Assembly: GCA_020137815.1 (NCBI GenBank)
Contig: CM035354.1
Location: 6,386,001 to 6,450,000 of the forward strand
Reading direction: 5' to 3'
From: Hormiphora californensis
Taxonomy: Eukaryota > Animalia > Ctenophora
Length of the DNA: 64,000 nt
Position numbers and translations under genes: made by a program. Position 1 is the first letter of the stretch. Each line of letters starts with the position of its first letter. Shown piece by piece: positions 39,335 to 51,000 of this stretch. The notes beneath the pieces were generated by a model. That model ran no database searches. It was given only the letters and a program-made list of their open reading frames with translations, and had not been told where the DNA came from.

Positions 39335-42300
39335 TTATGAAAGTTTCACGAAGTTCGCTGACGCTACAGATAGTCCTGCTTTCCTGAAAATAGGGAAGTT
39401 TTTGTGAGCATTGAATGAAGGGAAGGGGGAATAGGAAGGATGTTTCATACCAAGATTCATTGCTTTTAGAAAGAAAAACAGGTCATTCAGAGATTCAGAA
39501 ACAGTTGGAAAAGTTGTGCAATAAGTGATAGAGCTGAACAGATAAAGAAAAGAAATCCCAATTCCATGCAACGTTATTTTATGATTTGTGGGAGCCGTGC
39601 TTGGGTTATATAATTTGTGTAGTACACAGTGCAGGGGTCACCTATTATCTCATGTTTCTCTCTTTAATTGTGATCAGAAATCTGATGGTGCTTTAGAAAA
39701 CGGTTGGGACGTCATAATGGATGTCAAAGGTGCCGTGTCCCTAAAACGTGATAAACACTGAACAGATAAAGAAAAGAAATCCCAATTCCATGCAACGTTA
39801 TTTTATGATTTGTGGGAGCCGTGCTTGGGTTATATAATTTGTGTAGTACACAGTGCAGGGGTCACCTATTATCTCATGTTTCTCTCTTTAATTGTGATCA
39901 GAAATCTGATGGTGCTTTAGAAAACGGTTGGGACGTCATAATGGATGTCAAAGGTGCCGTGTCCCTAAAACGTGATAAACACTGAACAAACGGCTAATAT
40001 ATTTGTTGGAGAAAAAAGGAGGAAACTATGATAACTACCACTGTACCTGAGCTACGCAGACAGCAAAATACAGTCGGCCCCGATTTACCGGGCGAAACCC
40101 GGCCCTTTTCCCGGAGCATCCCGGTAAATCGGGACTGTTATAGAAGGAGAGAGATTTAGAAGTACTGTACAAGAGACTTACGCTTCAGTCAGGAATGTAC
40201 TGAGAGATATCTGATCTTTTTCACACCCATCTGGTCGAGCGTTATACTTCTTTATTCCCAGAGTTTTCAGAGCTGAAAAGGAAACACATTTATGGTATGA
40301 AAAATATTAAAAATAGTCCACCATTTTTATTGATGGTAACCGTGATAACTGTGAGGGGGGGGGGAGGGTCAACAAAACCTACCACTCCTGTACTGTTCCA
40401 TGCTGATGAATCCCTTGCTAGTGACATCCAACATTCCAAAGACAGCAGTGATATTAGCATCTGTGAACATGGAGGGATAATCTCCCTTCTCGTCCCTGAA
40501 CTGCTTCAATGTTTCCAGGTACTTTATCATGAACTTCTTGGCGTTCTCTGTAATGATGGTGAGAGTTAGCGACCTTATTATATTTTGGTAGTGCAGTTAT
40601 TTTGTAGTAAATTTGACGCCAATTGTACATCTAAATTTCCAGAAATGTTGTGGGTGGAAATAAAGCTCCCCTTGCATGAGCGCAAATAATATTTTATGAA
40701 GGAGCAACTAGCAACGGCGACGATGCCAAGATAGAGATTCAATGTTTTCTTCTTTGAAGTTTTGTTCTGTGAGTCTCTCAAGCAGATATAGATTCAATGT
40801 TTTCTTCTTTTAAGTATCGTTCTACGAGTCTCTCAAGCAAGGATCGTCAACGGAGATGGCGTTCTCAAAGAACGGAGGAAAAGGTCCAAGCTGACCGTGA
40901 AAGGGAGAAAAAACGCAAGCGATTAGCGAGATGGCGTTCTCAAGGAATGGTGGAATTGAATTGTTCATACACGGAAACAGTGTCAAGCGAGTCAACTGAG
41001 GTACAGAAACAAGCTGACCGTGAAAAGGAGGCGAAACGCATGAGATTAGCACGTGCCTCTTCCACTGCTACAGATAACAGTATTTACAGTAAGCATGAAA
41101 ATACCATGATACGAAGAAGATTGGCAAACTCTTCCTCTACTGCTAATATCACTCCCTGTGAACACTCTCCAGAATTAATTGACTTGACTATCATGGACAC
41201 CACCTCTTCTACTCCATCCAATGATTTGATCATCATCCCAACTGAATCTCATCCAGACCCTGCATCATATACAGGAGGTATTATAATGGAAGGGTCAAAT
41301 ACCGAACCGACCCTCTGTACATCCACAGCTGCTGGGGAATCATACAAAGAGGCGAGAAGAATGAGAAGAAAAAGAGATGCCGAGATATGGGAGCATATAA
41401 AAAGGGAAATGGATGAAACTGGTGAGGGACTGATGGAGGGTGTCAGTATTGATCCTCTGGCCAATAGGAGACGGGAATGGAAACGATTGTATCGTGCACG
41501 AAAGAGGGCCAAAATTCGAGCATATAAGAAGAAAGAGGGAACATATGTTGCACCGAACCGGAAAATGGGTGAATTAGGTGACTTACTCGATACCGTAGAG
41601 GAGAAAAGGGAAAATAATACCAAATTTAGGTTGCCTTATGAATATTGGAGGAAAATGAGGAACATTACTTTACTCCAAAGACTGAAAGATCGAAACAGAC
41701 AATTGGAGAAGGAGTTGGCTGAAGAACGCGGGAGAGCTGATAAAGCTGTGAGCTTTCTGGAAGAGATTGAATCTCAGTTAAGGGTACGCTAACCAAAATT
41801 TTTTTTCGAGTGCAGGGAAATCTCTCACCGTAGGGTTGTAGGCCATACCAAGGAGACCTCAAATATGCAATTTTAGCCCTTAAGTCGAATTCATATTTTT
41901 GCTACAGCTGTTTAAAAAATGTCCTGAAAATACGTTTTTGGCATCTCAAAATTTTTTTTTCAAAGATAGGAGCATGAAAATTTGGGGATTTGAAAAGGAC
42001 ATGAAGGTGAATAACCACAAAAAATTTTTTTGCAATCCGAGCTGATTTCCGGTCCTGAGATGGATTTCTTTTTTTCCACTTTAACGCCCTATTTGGCAAA
42101 GTTCCGAAAACATGTGAAAGCTGTAAATTGGTGAAAAGTTGCGTCTAACGATTATCTAAGTGGCCATAAATTTTGGGCGTGTCCTTATTTGAGATAAGCT
42201 GTACGGAGTTTTTTTTTGTGAAAGCCGTCATTTCAGAAATAAATAAATTCCCTGTATCTCAAAAACGGCTGATCGTAGAGACCTGAGACTATGCTTAAAC

Positions 42301-43430
42301 GATTCAGAAGGTCCGATTTTGGGGGGGTCTTCTGAGAGACATTTTGCTCCTACTTCAACCGTTTTTGCTGTAATTGCGAAAAACAAATTCTATGAAAAGG
42401 GCAAAAGCTAAACTCCAATATCCTGTAATTAGGGAATTTTAGCTAAGAAAGGACCGAAACTATGGAAAAATGTTTAACAAGCTAATTCCTTCACTATTTG
42501 GTCCATATGGGTCCCTATAATCATCAAAAACAAAATCACAAAAAATCCACGATGGCGAAGATGGGTTATTGTTTTTCGCAATTACAGCAAAAACGGTTGA
42601 AGTAGGAGCAAAATGTCTCTCAGAAGACCCCCCCAAAATCGGACCTTCTGAATCGTTTAAGCATAGTCTCAGGTCTCTACGATCAGCCGTTTTTGAGATA
42701 CAGGGAATTTATTTATTTCTGAAATGACGGCTTTCACAAAAAAAACTCCGTACAGCTTATCTCAAATAAGGACACGCCCAAAATTTATGGCCACTTAGAT
42801 AATCGTTAGACGCAACTTTTCACCAATTTACAGCTTTCACATGTTTTCGGAACTTTGCCAAATAGGGCGTTAAAGTGGAAAAAAAGAAATCCATCTCAGG
42901 ACCGGAAATCAGCTCGGATTGCAAAAAAATTTTTTGTGGTTATTCACCTTCATGTCCTCTTCAAATCCCCAAATTTTCATGCTCCTATCTTTGAAAAAAA
43001 ATTTTTGAGATGCCAAAAACGTATTTTCAGGACATTTTTTAAACAGCTGTAGCAAAAATATGAATTCGACTTAAGGGCTAAAATTGCATATTTGAGGTCT
43101 CCTTGGTATGGCCTACAACCCTACGGTGAGAGATTTCCCTGCACTCGAAAAAAAATTTTGGTTAGCGTACCCTTAAGGGCCGCACTTTGAAAGGACTGAT
43201 GTAATATACGGTTTTTTTTTCTTTTTCAAGCCATGCCATAATTTATATTATTCTTAAATTTAAAAACGTGTTTAATACTCTACCAAAATACTATCAGCTA
43301 GCCTCCAAGTAGCTCATTAACCTGGTTGTGTGTGGATAAGAGCAGCAGTCATGTTTTCAAACAGCTCTGGGATTCGGTGCTTCTGAACATAGGCCTCAGC
43401 CATCTGCTTCTTTGGGTTAGCTGCAGACAT
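39335..43430 (-). CDS. EFCAB10: EF-hand protein with N-terminal RIIa/Dpy-30-like motif
   Basis: Not in the ORF track. Exons 43430-43322 (MSAANPKKQMAEAYVQKHRIPELFENMTAALIHTQP), ~40547-40383 (ENAKKFMIKYLETL..YPSMFTDANITAVFGMLDVTSKGFISMEQYRS), ~40272-40182 (ALKTLGI..ISLSTFLTE) and ~39383-39335 (AKAGLSVASANFVKLS*). Confidence 0.82.
39534..39988. repeat. Exact 224-bp tandem duplication in an EFCAB10 intron
   Basis: Units start at 39534 and 39758, bounded by CTGAACA microhomology (third occurrence at 39982). Confidence 0.9.
40071..40137. mobile_element. Degenerate short member of the CAGTCGG..CGATTTA MITE family
   Basis: CAGTCGGCCCCGATTTACCGGG...CCCGGTAAATCGGGACTG. Confidence 0.65.
40797..41792 (+). 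CDS. Intronless 331-aa Arg/Glu/Lys-rich helical protein, antisense in EFCAB10 intron 1
   Basis: Long open frame with two copies of (T)ExxQADRExExKRxRLAR, a Ser/Thr linker and a C-terminal coiled-coil-like segment. Expression unverified. Confidence 0.6.
   Translation: MFSSFKYRSTSLSSKDRQRRWRSQRTEEKVQADREREKKRKRLARWRSQGMVELNCSYTETVSSESTEVQKQADREKEAKRMRLARASSTATDNSIYSKHENTMIRRRLANSSSTANITPCEHSPELIDLTIMDTTSSTPSNDLIIIPTESHPDPASYTGGIIMEGSNTEPTLCTSTAAGESYKEARRMRRKRDAEIWEHIKREMDETGEGLMEGVSIDPLANRRREWKRLYRARKRAKIRAYKKKEGTYVAPNRKMGELGDLLDTVEEKRENNTKFRLPYEYWRKMRNITLLQRLKDRNRQLEKELAEERGRADKAVSFLEEIESQLRVR
41782..43172. mobile_element. Foldback non-autonomous transposon with ~600-bp TIRs and TTAA TSD (Kolobok-like GG..CC ends)
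   Basis: TTAA-GGGTACGCTAACC...GGTTAGCGTACCC-TTAA. The arms are nearly identical, which explains the mirrored 65-aa ORFs. Confidence 0.9.
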
Positions 43431-43778
43431 CTTTCTGGTGCTATAAAATTAGGATTTAAGTGATTGTTTTTTGATTCAGTCAGTAAGTCGCTAAAACAAG
43501 TAACAACTAAAAAAGAAGAGACACCAGTTCGCCAAACAAGTCCAAAAAACGAAGAAAACGGCCATCTTGGAAAACGAGGCTCAAAACAGATTCATGAGAA
43601 ATTTCAAACTGAAAACTACACGCGCGGCACGAAGAAGCATTCTATTGACTTGAATTTCGCGCCGTACGTTACAGTCTTCTCTCATTTATTGTGGAGTTCT
43701 AGGTGAAAATGAAACTCATCTCATCAGTGTCTACGAATAAAATACTCCAATAATAACATTAATAAAAAGGCATAAAAA

Positions 43779-46700
43779 TCACTCTTTCGTGTTTTTTCGC
43801 GTCCAGCTGACCAACTCTCCGAGGAGGGTCAACTTGAAATGTTCTGCTATGTTCTCCAAAATGTCCAACAACTGTTGATAGTCAGCACTGTGTTCCAGAG
43901 TGGCAAAACTTCCCGCACAACTACAATAGTCCGCCATATTGCTACTCTTTACCCCATTACACTTGGTACACACCAAATCCTGGAGGGCAAACCCAAGGTT
44001 CCGCTCCTGGAGTTTGGAGATCAGACGACCCTCAATAGTGCTCCGATCGTAGGGCGTCTGACAATGGGCACACAGCCAACATGGGGGTGGCCCCTGATCT
44101 AGATAGGGGTCCCTACACAAATCCAGATCCCTACAACTACTGCACTTGCTGCAAATCACCTCCGGTAGTACAAACGAGAGGCAAGGATCCTTGAAAATAG
44201 CTGCCTCGGAGAACTCTCCTACAGACACCAACTTGAGCAGGTCTCTCTTCAGTTTATGGACCTGGGCAGCTATGGTGGGATCCAAGCTGAGAACCTTGCA
44301 GACAGACTTGATGAATTCGAGAGAGGGACACTTTAGTTCAAGATGGGAACCTGAAGAGAAAAAGGAGTAGTTAGGAAAAGTGAAAACCAGCTTATCAATG
44401 TAATGGGTATGTTATGTGTTCAACTGAACAGAAACAATTAGAGGAATATGAAAGCTGTACAAATCACGTACCAGGTAGATCCGGGAACACGTTCCTATCG
44501 CCCAGTACTCCACTAGGCATGGAGCTATGTACCCTCTGGACTATACCAAACAGTTGCCCCTGTAGCTTTTCATGAACAAACTCTTTTAGGGTACTGTGAT
44601 CGTGTAGTTCTGTCTTCTGGGAGGCTCTTCTGATAGGGGTCTCACCCGGGACATGCTCCTCTAGAGACACAGTTAGACTCTTGTTAACTGCCTGGGAAGT
44701 GGGGATACAGTTAGACTCTTGTTGACTGCCTGGGAAGTGGGGATACAGTTAGACTCTTGTTAACCGCCTGGGGATTGAGCTAGACTCAGTTTGTAGAGAA
44801 AAGAGATATTTCGACATTTCTAAACCAATCAAATCATCACACAATATGAAACTCTACAGATTCTACTACCTGTATGTAGCCAGCGATTATCAACTGAAAG
44901 AACTTCTGTAAACTACCATCCTCAGGGAGGAACTTCTTTATGTTCCAGTTCATTTGGATTGTGGGAGCGAGGCTGCCCTGTTCTCTGAGGGCTCCTCCAT
45001 AGTTCACCACATCCATCCAGAGTAGGTTCTCCCAACTCTTTGTTACCTGGTGGAAAGATGGAGGGGTGATTGATCAGTTACCTGCAGTAGAGGGGCAGAC
45101 CTGGGTAAGTAATTTTATCTGAGGAGCAGAGTTGGGGTATATCATGGAATGGACAATACCCTACTCTACCATATTTCATGCAATAAGGTGGGCGTGAGTG
45201 ACACAGTTGTAAACAGAGTGAATGTTTATCGCGTGGGTTGTACTTTCATTGATATTTCTTTGTGTTTAAATTAGAGCCCTCCCGATGGGAAGGCAAACCA
45301 AAAGGAAGTGTTACCGGCCTCCGAAGAGAGCCAGTTGAACACTAAACTCAGCTTACCTCAAATTAATTTGTTTAAAGTAGTGTTGAAAAGTTTGAAACTG
45401 CTGATGGCGTGCTGGACCGGCCTCCCAACTCACACTACGCTACAAACTCGGTGCAGGTGACTTCTCCCAATATGGTATAATGCGGTTGATAGCTGTCACG
45501 TGTCGGGCACGTGCTTGCTTCTTGGCAAGTCTGGACATGCCAGAAGTTGCACGTGATCAGAGGCTTGCACAATCACATTATCCCATTGTGTCACGTGCAA
45601 TTGAGACGTCCCAAGAGAGGGTTCCCAGAAGGCACGTGATTATCATGTGATAGCACAGTAGGAAACTGGCAATCTCATTATCCCTTTCTGGGAAAGGTCA
45701 CATGCTTTCTACAGAGCCTATCTACGTGTGTTCGTAGTTACATGTGACCCCACGTGACATAATGGTATAATGTGATTGTGCGAGCCTCCTATCACGTGCA
45801 ACATCTGGCATGCCCAGACTTGCCAAGGAGCAAGCACGTGGCTGACACGTGACAGCTATCAACCGCATTATTCCATATTGGGAGAAATCACCTGCACTGA
45901 GTTTGTAGCGTAGTGTGAGTTGGGAGGCCGGTCCAGTACTCCATCAGCAGTTTCAAACTTTTCAACACTACTTTAAACAAATTAATTTGAGGTAAGCTGA
46001 GTTCTAGTGTTCAACTGGCTCTCTTCGGAGGCCGGTAACACTTCCTTTTGGTTTGCCTTCCCATCGGGAGGGCTCTAATAAACACAAAGAAAATAGAAAA
46101 ACAACCCATGCTTATTCCAGCATCCCGCTACCCACAAGAAGAGCAGTTCGAACACATACCTGCAGATCTAGACACCGGAACAGTTCCTGACTGGTGATAC
46201 TGTTGACAATGTAAGTGACATAGTTATCAGCGTCCTCTGTTGTCCTTTTCTTGGTAGCCAGAATGACTCTGTTCATGTCGCAGTACACAATGGAGGAACC
46301 AAGCTTACGGAACTGCGGGGGAAGGTGAGATTTAGAGGGCGAGAGGGATTCTGGGGTGGGGGATTCAGGAGGGGAGAGGTTTAGAGAACTGGGGTGAACG
46401 CCAGGATAGGAGGGGTACAGAGAAATCAAGATAGATTTTAGAAATGATGGGAATCTGGAATCTGGAGTTAGGGATTCAGAGAACAATTAAATTTCGACAA
46501 CGCGTTACCTCCATTATGAGTTGCATGAATAGTTTCTTGATGGCACTGTTGACGACCCTTGCCAGGGCAGGGTCGAACATCAAGGAGGCAGGACTGGTTA
46601 ACCACCGGTAGAAGTGAACTAGCTGGCCATCAGCCAGGGTGTTCCCCGAGGAGGAGACCTAGAAGAGAGAGAGAGAGAGAGAGAGAAAGTTGTAATACAG

Positions 46701-48008
46701 TTATATGAGATCTGTCTTCGAAGTTTGTAATTTGTTCCAATTTCAAAAGTTTCAAATAATATGTAAAGGTTGTATCACGTCCCATACTAAAGTATGCGAG
46801 ACACGTGAGATCTGACAGATACCTGATGAAGCCATCCCATGACCATAGTTTTGAGAACTTTGAAGGCGGGATTAACCTGTGCAGCCTCATCATAAGCAGT
46901 CACCATGGCATGACTTCCCTCACCATCCAACCCGACCTGCAGGGAGAGAGAGGGCATTAGCTAGATGGACTTTTGTAAGTTTCTGAATAATGATCTCCTA
47001 TGATTTAGATACATGGGGTACATACCATGACCTTCGTATGACATGTACGAGGGTTATTGACAGAATTCTAACACGAAATATTATAACTTTCTCATGATCT
47101 CTATCAATTTATTGTTCTCGCTTACCTTTTGATGGACTGAATCCAGTGCTACAGTTGTTACACCCTCCAGATCGTTTATGTGGTGACTATGTAGGATTGT
47201 ATTTACCGCTAGACCCTCCAGATTTACCTGGAATGAGACATTGAGAAACTTGTTAGCAGATATTCCTGGCCCTTTCACACAAGACATAAATATGTGACAA
47301 AGAGATTCAGAATGATTAAACAGGGGGGGGGGAACACTTACCTCGACACAAACAGTGTTATAGGCAGCAGGGAAGTTGAGAGACAGAACATGATCAGCGG
47401 ACCCAGTCAACCTCTGATCATCTTCCTCCTTGCCCCCTAGATCGGGCAGGGGAGAGGTACTGGCCCATAACACGTGGTTACTCCTATACAGGTGACGAGC
47501 ATAGAACACGTCAGCTGCCAGGATTGTGACGTCACTTGGAATGTTGCCAATTGGAATGTGGGCGTAACGGGCGTAGAGGAGGTGTTGTTCCAGCCACTTT
47601 AGTGAACTGAGGGGATGGAGACTGGAGTTAGTAAGTTAATCCATTCATATACCTACCCTACCATGTATCACAACACCCTTCAACTAATATCTACCCCAAA
47701 CCATCTAGGTCTCAGCTAACATCAAATCCTAGCCCACTTGAAGGTTCTAACTGGTTTAGGTACCTAAAGTAGTGAGAGAGCATCTTGCGGGCCCCGTGTC
47801 TTTGCCAATCCAACATGGCTATTGAGTCAGTGTGATCAAATGGTACTCGGACCACGGGGAAGGTTGTTACTGCCGCAACCTGAGGGGGGAAGAGACATGT
47901 TAGTAACCACTAACCATGTCGACTTTAAAAAAGGGGTGATCTGTTGAAAAGGGGTGATTGCGGTATTTTTTGCTCGATTCATATCCGGGTAAAATATAGA
48001 GAGAGAAA

Positions 48009-48061
<53 letters not shown>

Positions 48062-51000
48062 GAGAGAGAGAGAGAGTGAGAGAGAGAGAGAGAGTGAGAG
48101 AGAGAGATAGATACAAGAAGCATGAAAGATAGAAGCTCGAAATATATAAGGTGCCGTTAGATATTGATCACCTAAGAAAAAGTGTAAACATATCAAGACC
48201 CACAATGACAATGAGGGTAGGAATCACAACCCACAAATCTCCCTCAGTTCCCATGTGTAAACACTAATTGGGACCAGTTATTATTGTGTTATTGTGATCA
48301 TGGGGTTTGTTTTGGTGCTCCTGACCGTGCTCGTCAGCGCTGTCAGCACTGCCACCGTTTCTGAGTGCAAGCTTCAGGATAAACAGCTTCTCAAAGCACG
48401 TGAGTTAATTGTGTTTGTACAGTTGTTGAGAGTCTGTTGTTTACTGTTGTTTAGAGAGAAAGTGTCAAACTATAACTGGACCAACTGAACACCATTCTAC
48501 CACTATCAAACATTGAGTCGCTGTGTAGTAATTCTACTAAACCCATCTATTCGTGCAGTTATCACAGAGGTGAGTAATATAGCCTCGTTTGAGGCGTGTG
48601 TCGAGTATTGTCAGAACTATGAGGGGGACGATGAATGTGTGGCAGTTGTCTACAAACCTAAGAAGAAACAGTACGTGACTAGATCAGTATAACGTGTTTA
48701 TTATCCGTACCATTCTAAAGATTCCAATTGATTAGTTTTGACTAAATAATCACTTGTTTTGTTCAAACCCATTTTAATTACACAGGTGTAATCTGAAGAA
48801 ATGTGGTCACAATGCCCCATCTACAAAGGCCACAAACCAAGCCCTGAAACTCTGCTGTCTGACTGGTACATGTGATACCTGCCAAGACTCCTGTTCTGAT
48901 ACCACGTGTGCTGAGGACGTGGGAAGTGCTGTGGGTAGTGCGGTCAGTGAGTGTCTAACTACTGGAACCTGCGGACTGGACGCAACCTCAAATATTGCAA
49001 ACTGCAAACTAGAGGATCAGCAGATGTTAGGAGGACGTAAGTTTATACCATCCGAGTCAACGATGGTTGCATTGATCACTTGTGTAACCATGGTAACTAA
49101 CTCCATTGTTTCAGTGATAAAGACTGTGAAGCAGGTTACAACTTTTGAGAACTGTGTCCAGGAATGTAAAAACTACGAGGGGGACGATGTGTGTGTTGGT
49201 GTAGTTTACAAGACTAAGAAAAAATTGTGAGTTATCATCAATGATCATGCAAAGTTTATTCACTCATATCAAACATAAGCACCAAGAAGATTTTATGAGT
49301 AACGGAGCAATTCTCATCGTATGCCAGTCTAACCCATTCTTGTTTCATAGCTGTAACATAAAGAAGGATGGTCACGCTGAACCGACAGCTAAAGTAGACT
49401 CTAACTCGCTGAAACTGTGTTGTATCACTGGATCATGCAATCTGGGAGCGGATCCAGAACTTGCAAAATGCAAAACAGTGGATACCCAACTTTTGGGAGG
49501 ACGTGAGTTGAAACAAATCATAGCAATCTGCTGATTTAGTAGGAAAATGCAGCAACTAAATCGATATTGTTTCAAAGTGGTTGACATGTACCTTCTTCTT
49601 CTTCGCAAATGAACCCCATGTTTTGTTACAGTGATCAAGACAGTGAAGGGTGTGACATCTTTTGACGACTGTGTAAAACTTTGCCAAAACTACGAAGGGG
49701 ATGATAAATGTGTGGCATCTGTCTTCAAAACCGCCAAAAACTGGTACGTTTCGTTGTTTCTTGCTTGAGTTTCTTCAAAGGATATCATCCTGGATTTCTC
49801 AAACAAAGAACCCGACTTCCTTCACACCCTACTATTTACTTTAGGTGTAACCTTAAAAAGTGTGGTCACGCTGCTGGAACCTACATCGCCAGCTCAGAGG
49901 CCCTGAGACAGTGCTGCCTGACTGGTACCTGTGACACTTGCCAAGATTCCTGTGCGGATAAGGATGATTGTCTGGGACCTGTAGTAGACGCAGTGGAGAC
50001 AGCCATAAGCGATTGTTATGAGACTGGAACGTGTGATGTAGAGGATGCCACTTCGGATATCTCCAAGTGTAAACTAGAGGATCAGCAGATGTTGGGAGGA
50101 TGTAAGTGGTGGTATCAAGATAAATTTTGGTAGATATAGTTTTGTGGTTACCATGGTAACTAACGATGTTTAATCAAGTCACATGTGTAACCATGGTAAC
50201 TAACCCCGTTGTTTCAGTGATCAAGACTGTGAAGCAGATCACAACTTTTGAGAACTGTGTCCAGGAATGTAAAAACTACGAGGGTGACGATGTGTGTATT
50301 GGTGTAACTTACAAGACTAAGAAGAAATTGTGAGTTGAAATTCTTTTAGCAACCTTTTAACTCTTGGAGAATTTGGTTTTTTTTGTGAAACATGCCAGTG
50401 TAAATCTAAAATCCCTGACACCCCCTACCCAACTCCCCCGTCACTAGTTGCAACCTAAAGAAGGCTGGCCACGCAGACCCCAAAGCTAAGGTGGACTCCC
50501 ACTCTCTCAAGATCTGTTGTCTCACAGATACCTGCAGTACCACAGCCCTGTGTTCTGGTGACAGCTGTGACGTCTCCCCCATAACCACCTGTCTGGCAGA
50601 CTCATCCTGTGATTGTTCAGGAGCGTGTTGTGCCTGTACTAAGGATACCTGCGGTTGTATTGGAGCAGATTGTACCTGTAGTGGCTCTGATTGTACCTGT
50701 GGACCTCTTGGGTGTGGGTGTTCTGCCCTTGGGTGTGGGTGTATTGGTCCAGGTTGTGGCTGCACCGGTTCCGACTGTGGATGCAATGGTGCGGGATGTG
50801 TCAAGATAGCCGCGGAGGAGGGAAAATGTTCAGCTCTAGGGTCCGTCACTATTAACTGTCTCGCCACAGGGACCTGTGTCTGTACTGGATCAGGGTGTGG
50901 ATGTACAGCTGCCACCTGTGGGTGTGTCGGTGCGGCGTGTGGCTGTTCTGGATCATCTTGTGCTTGTGGATCTGCTGGGTGTGGGTGTACTGGTGCTAAT

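Noticed and set aside
41902-43052. Two near-identical 65-aa ORFs on opposite strands
   Set aside because: Mirror images within the TIRs of a foldback element; TTG starts and no domain.
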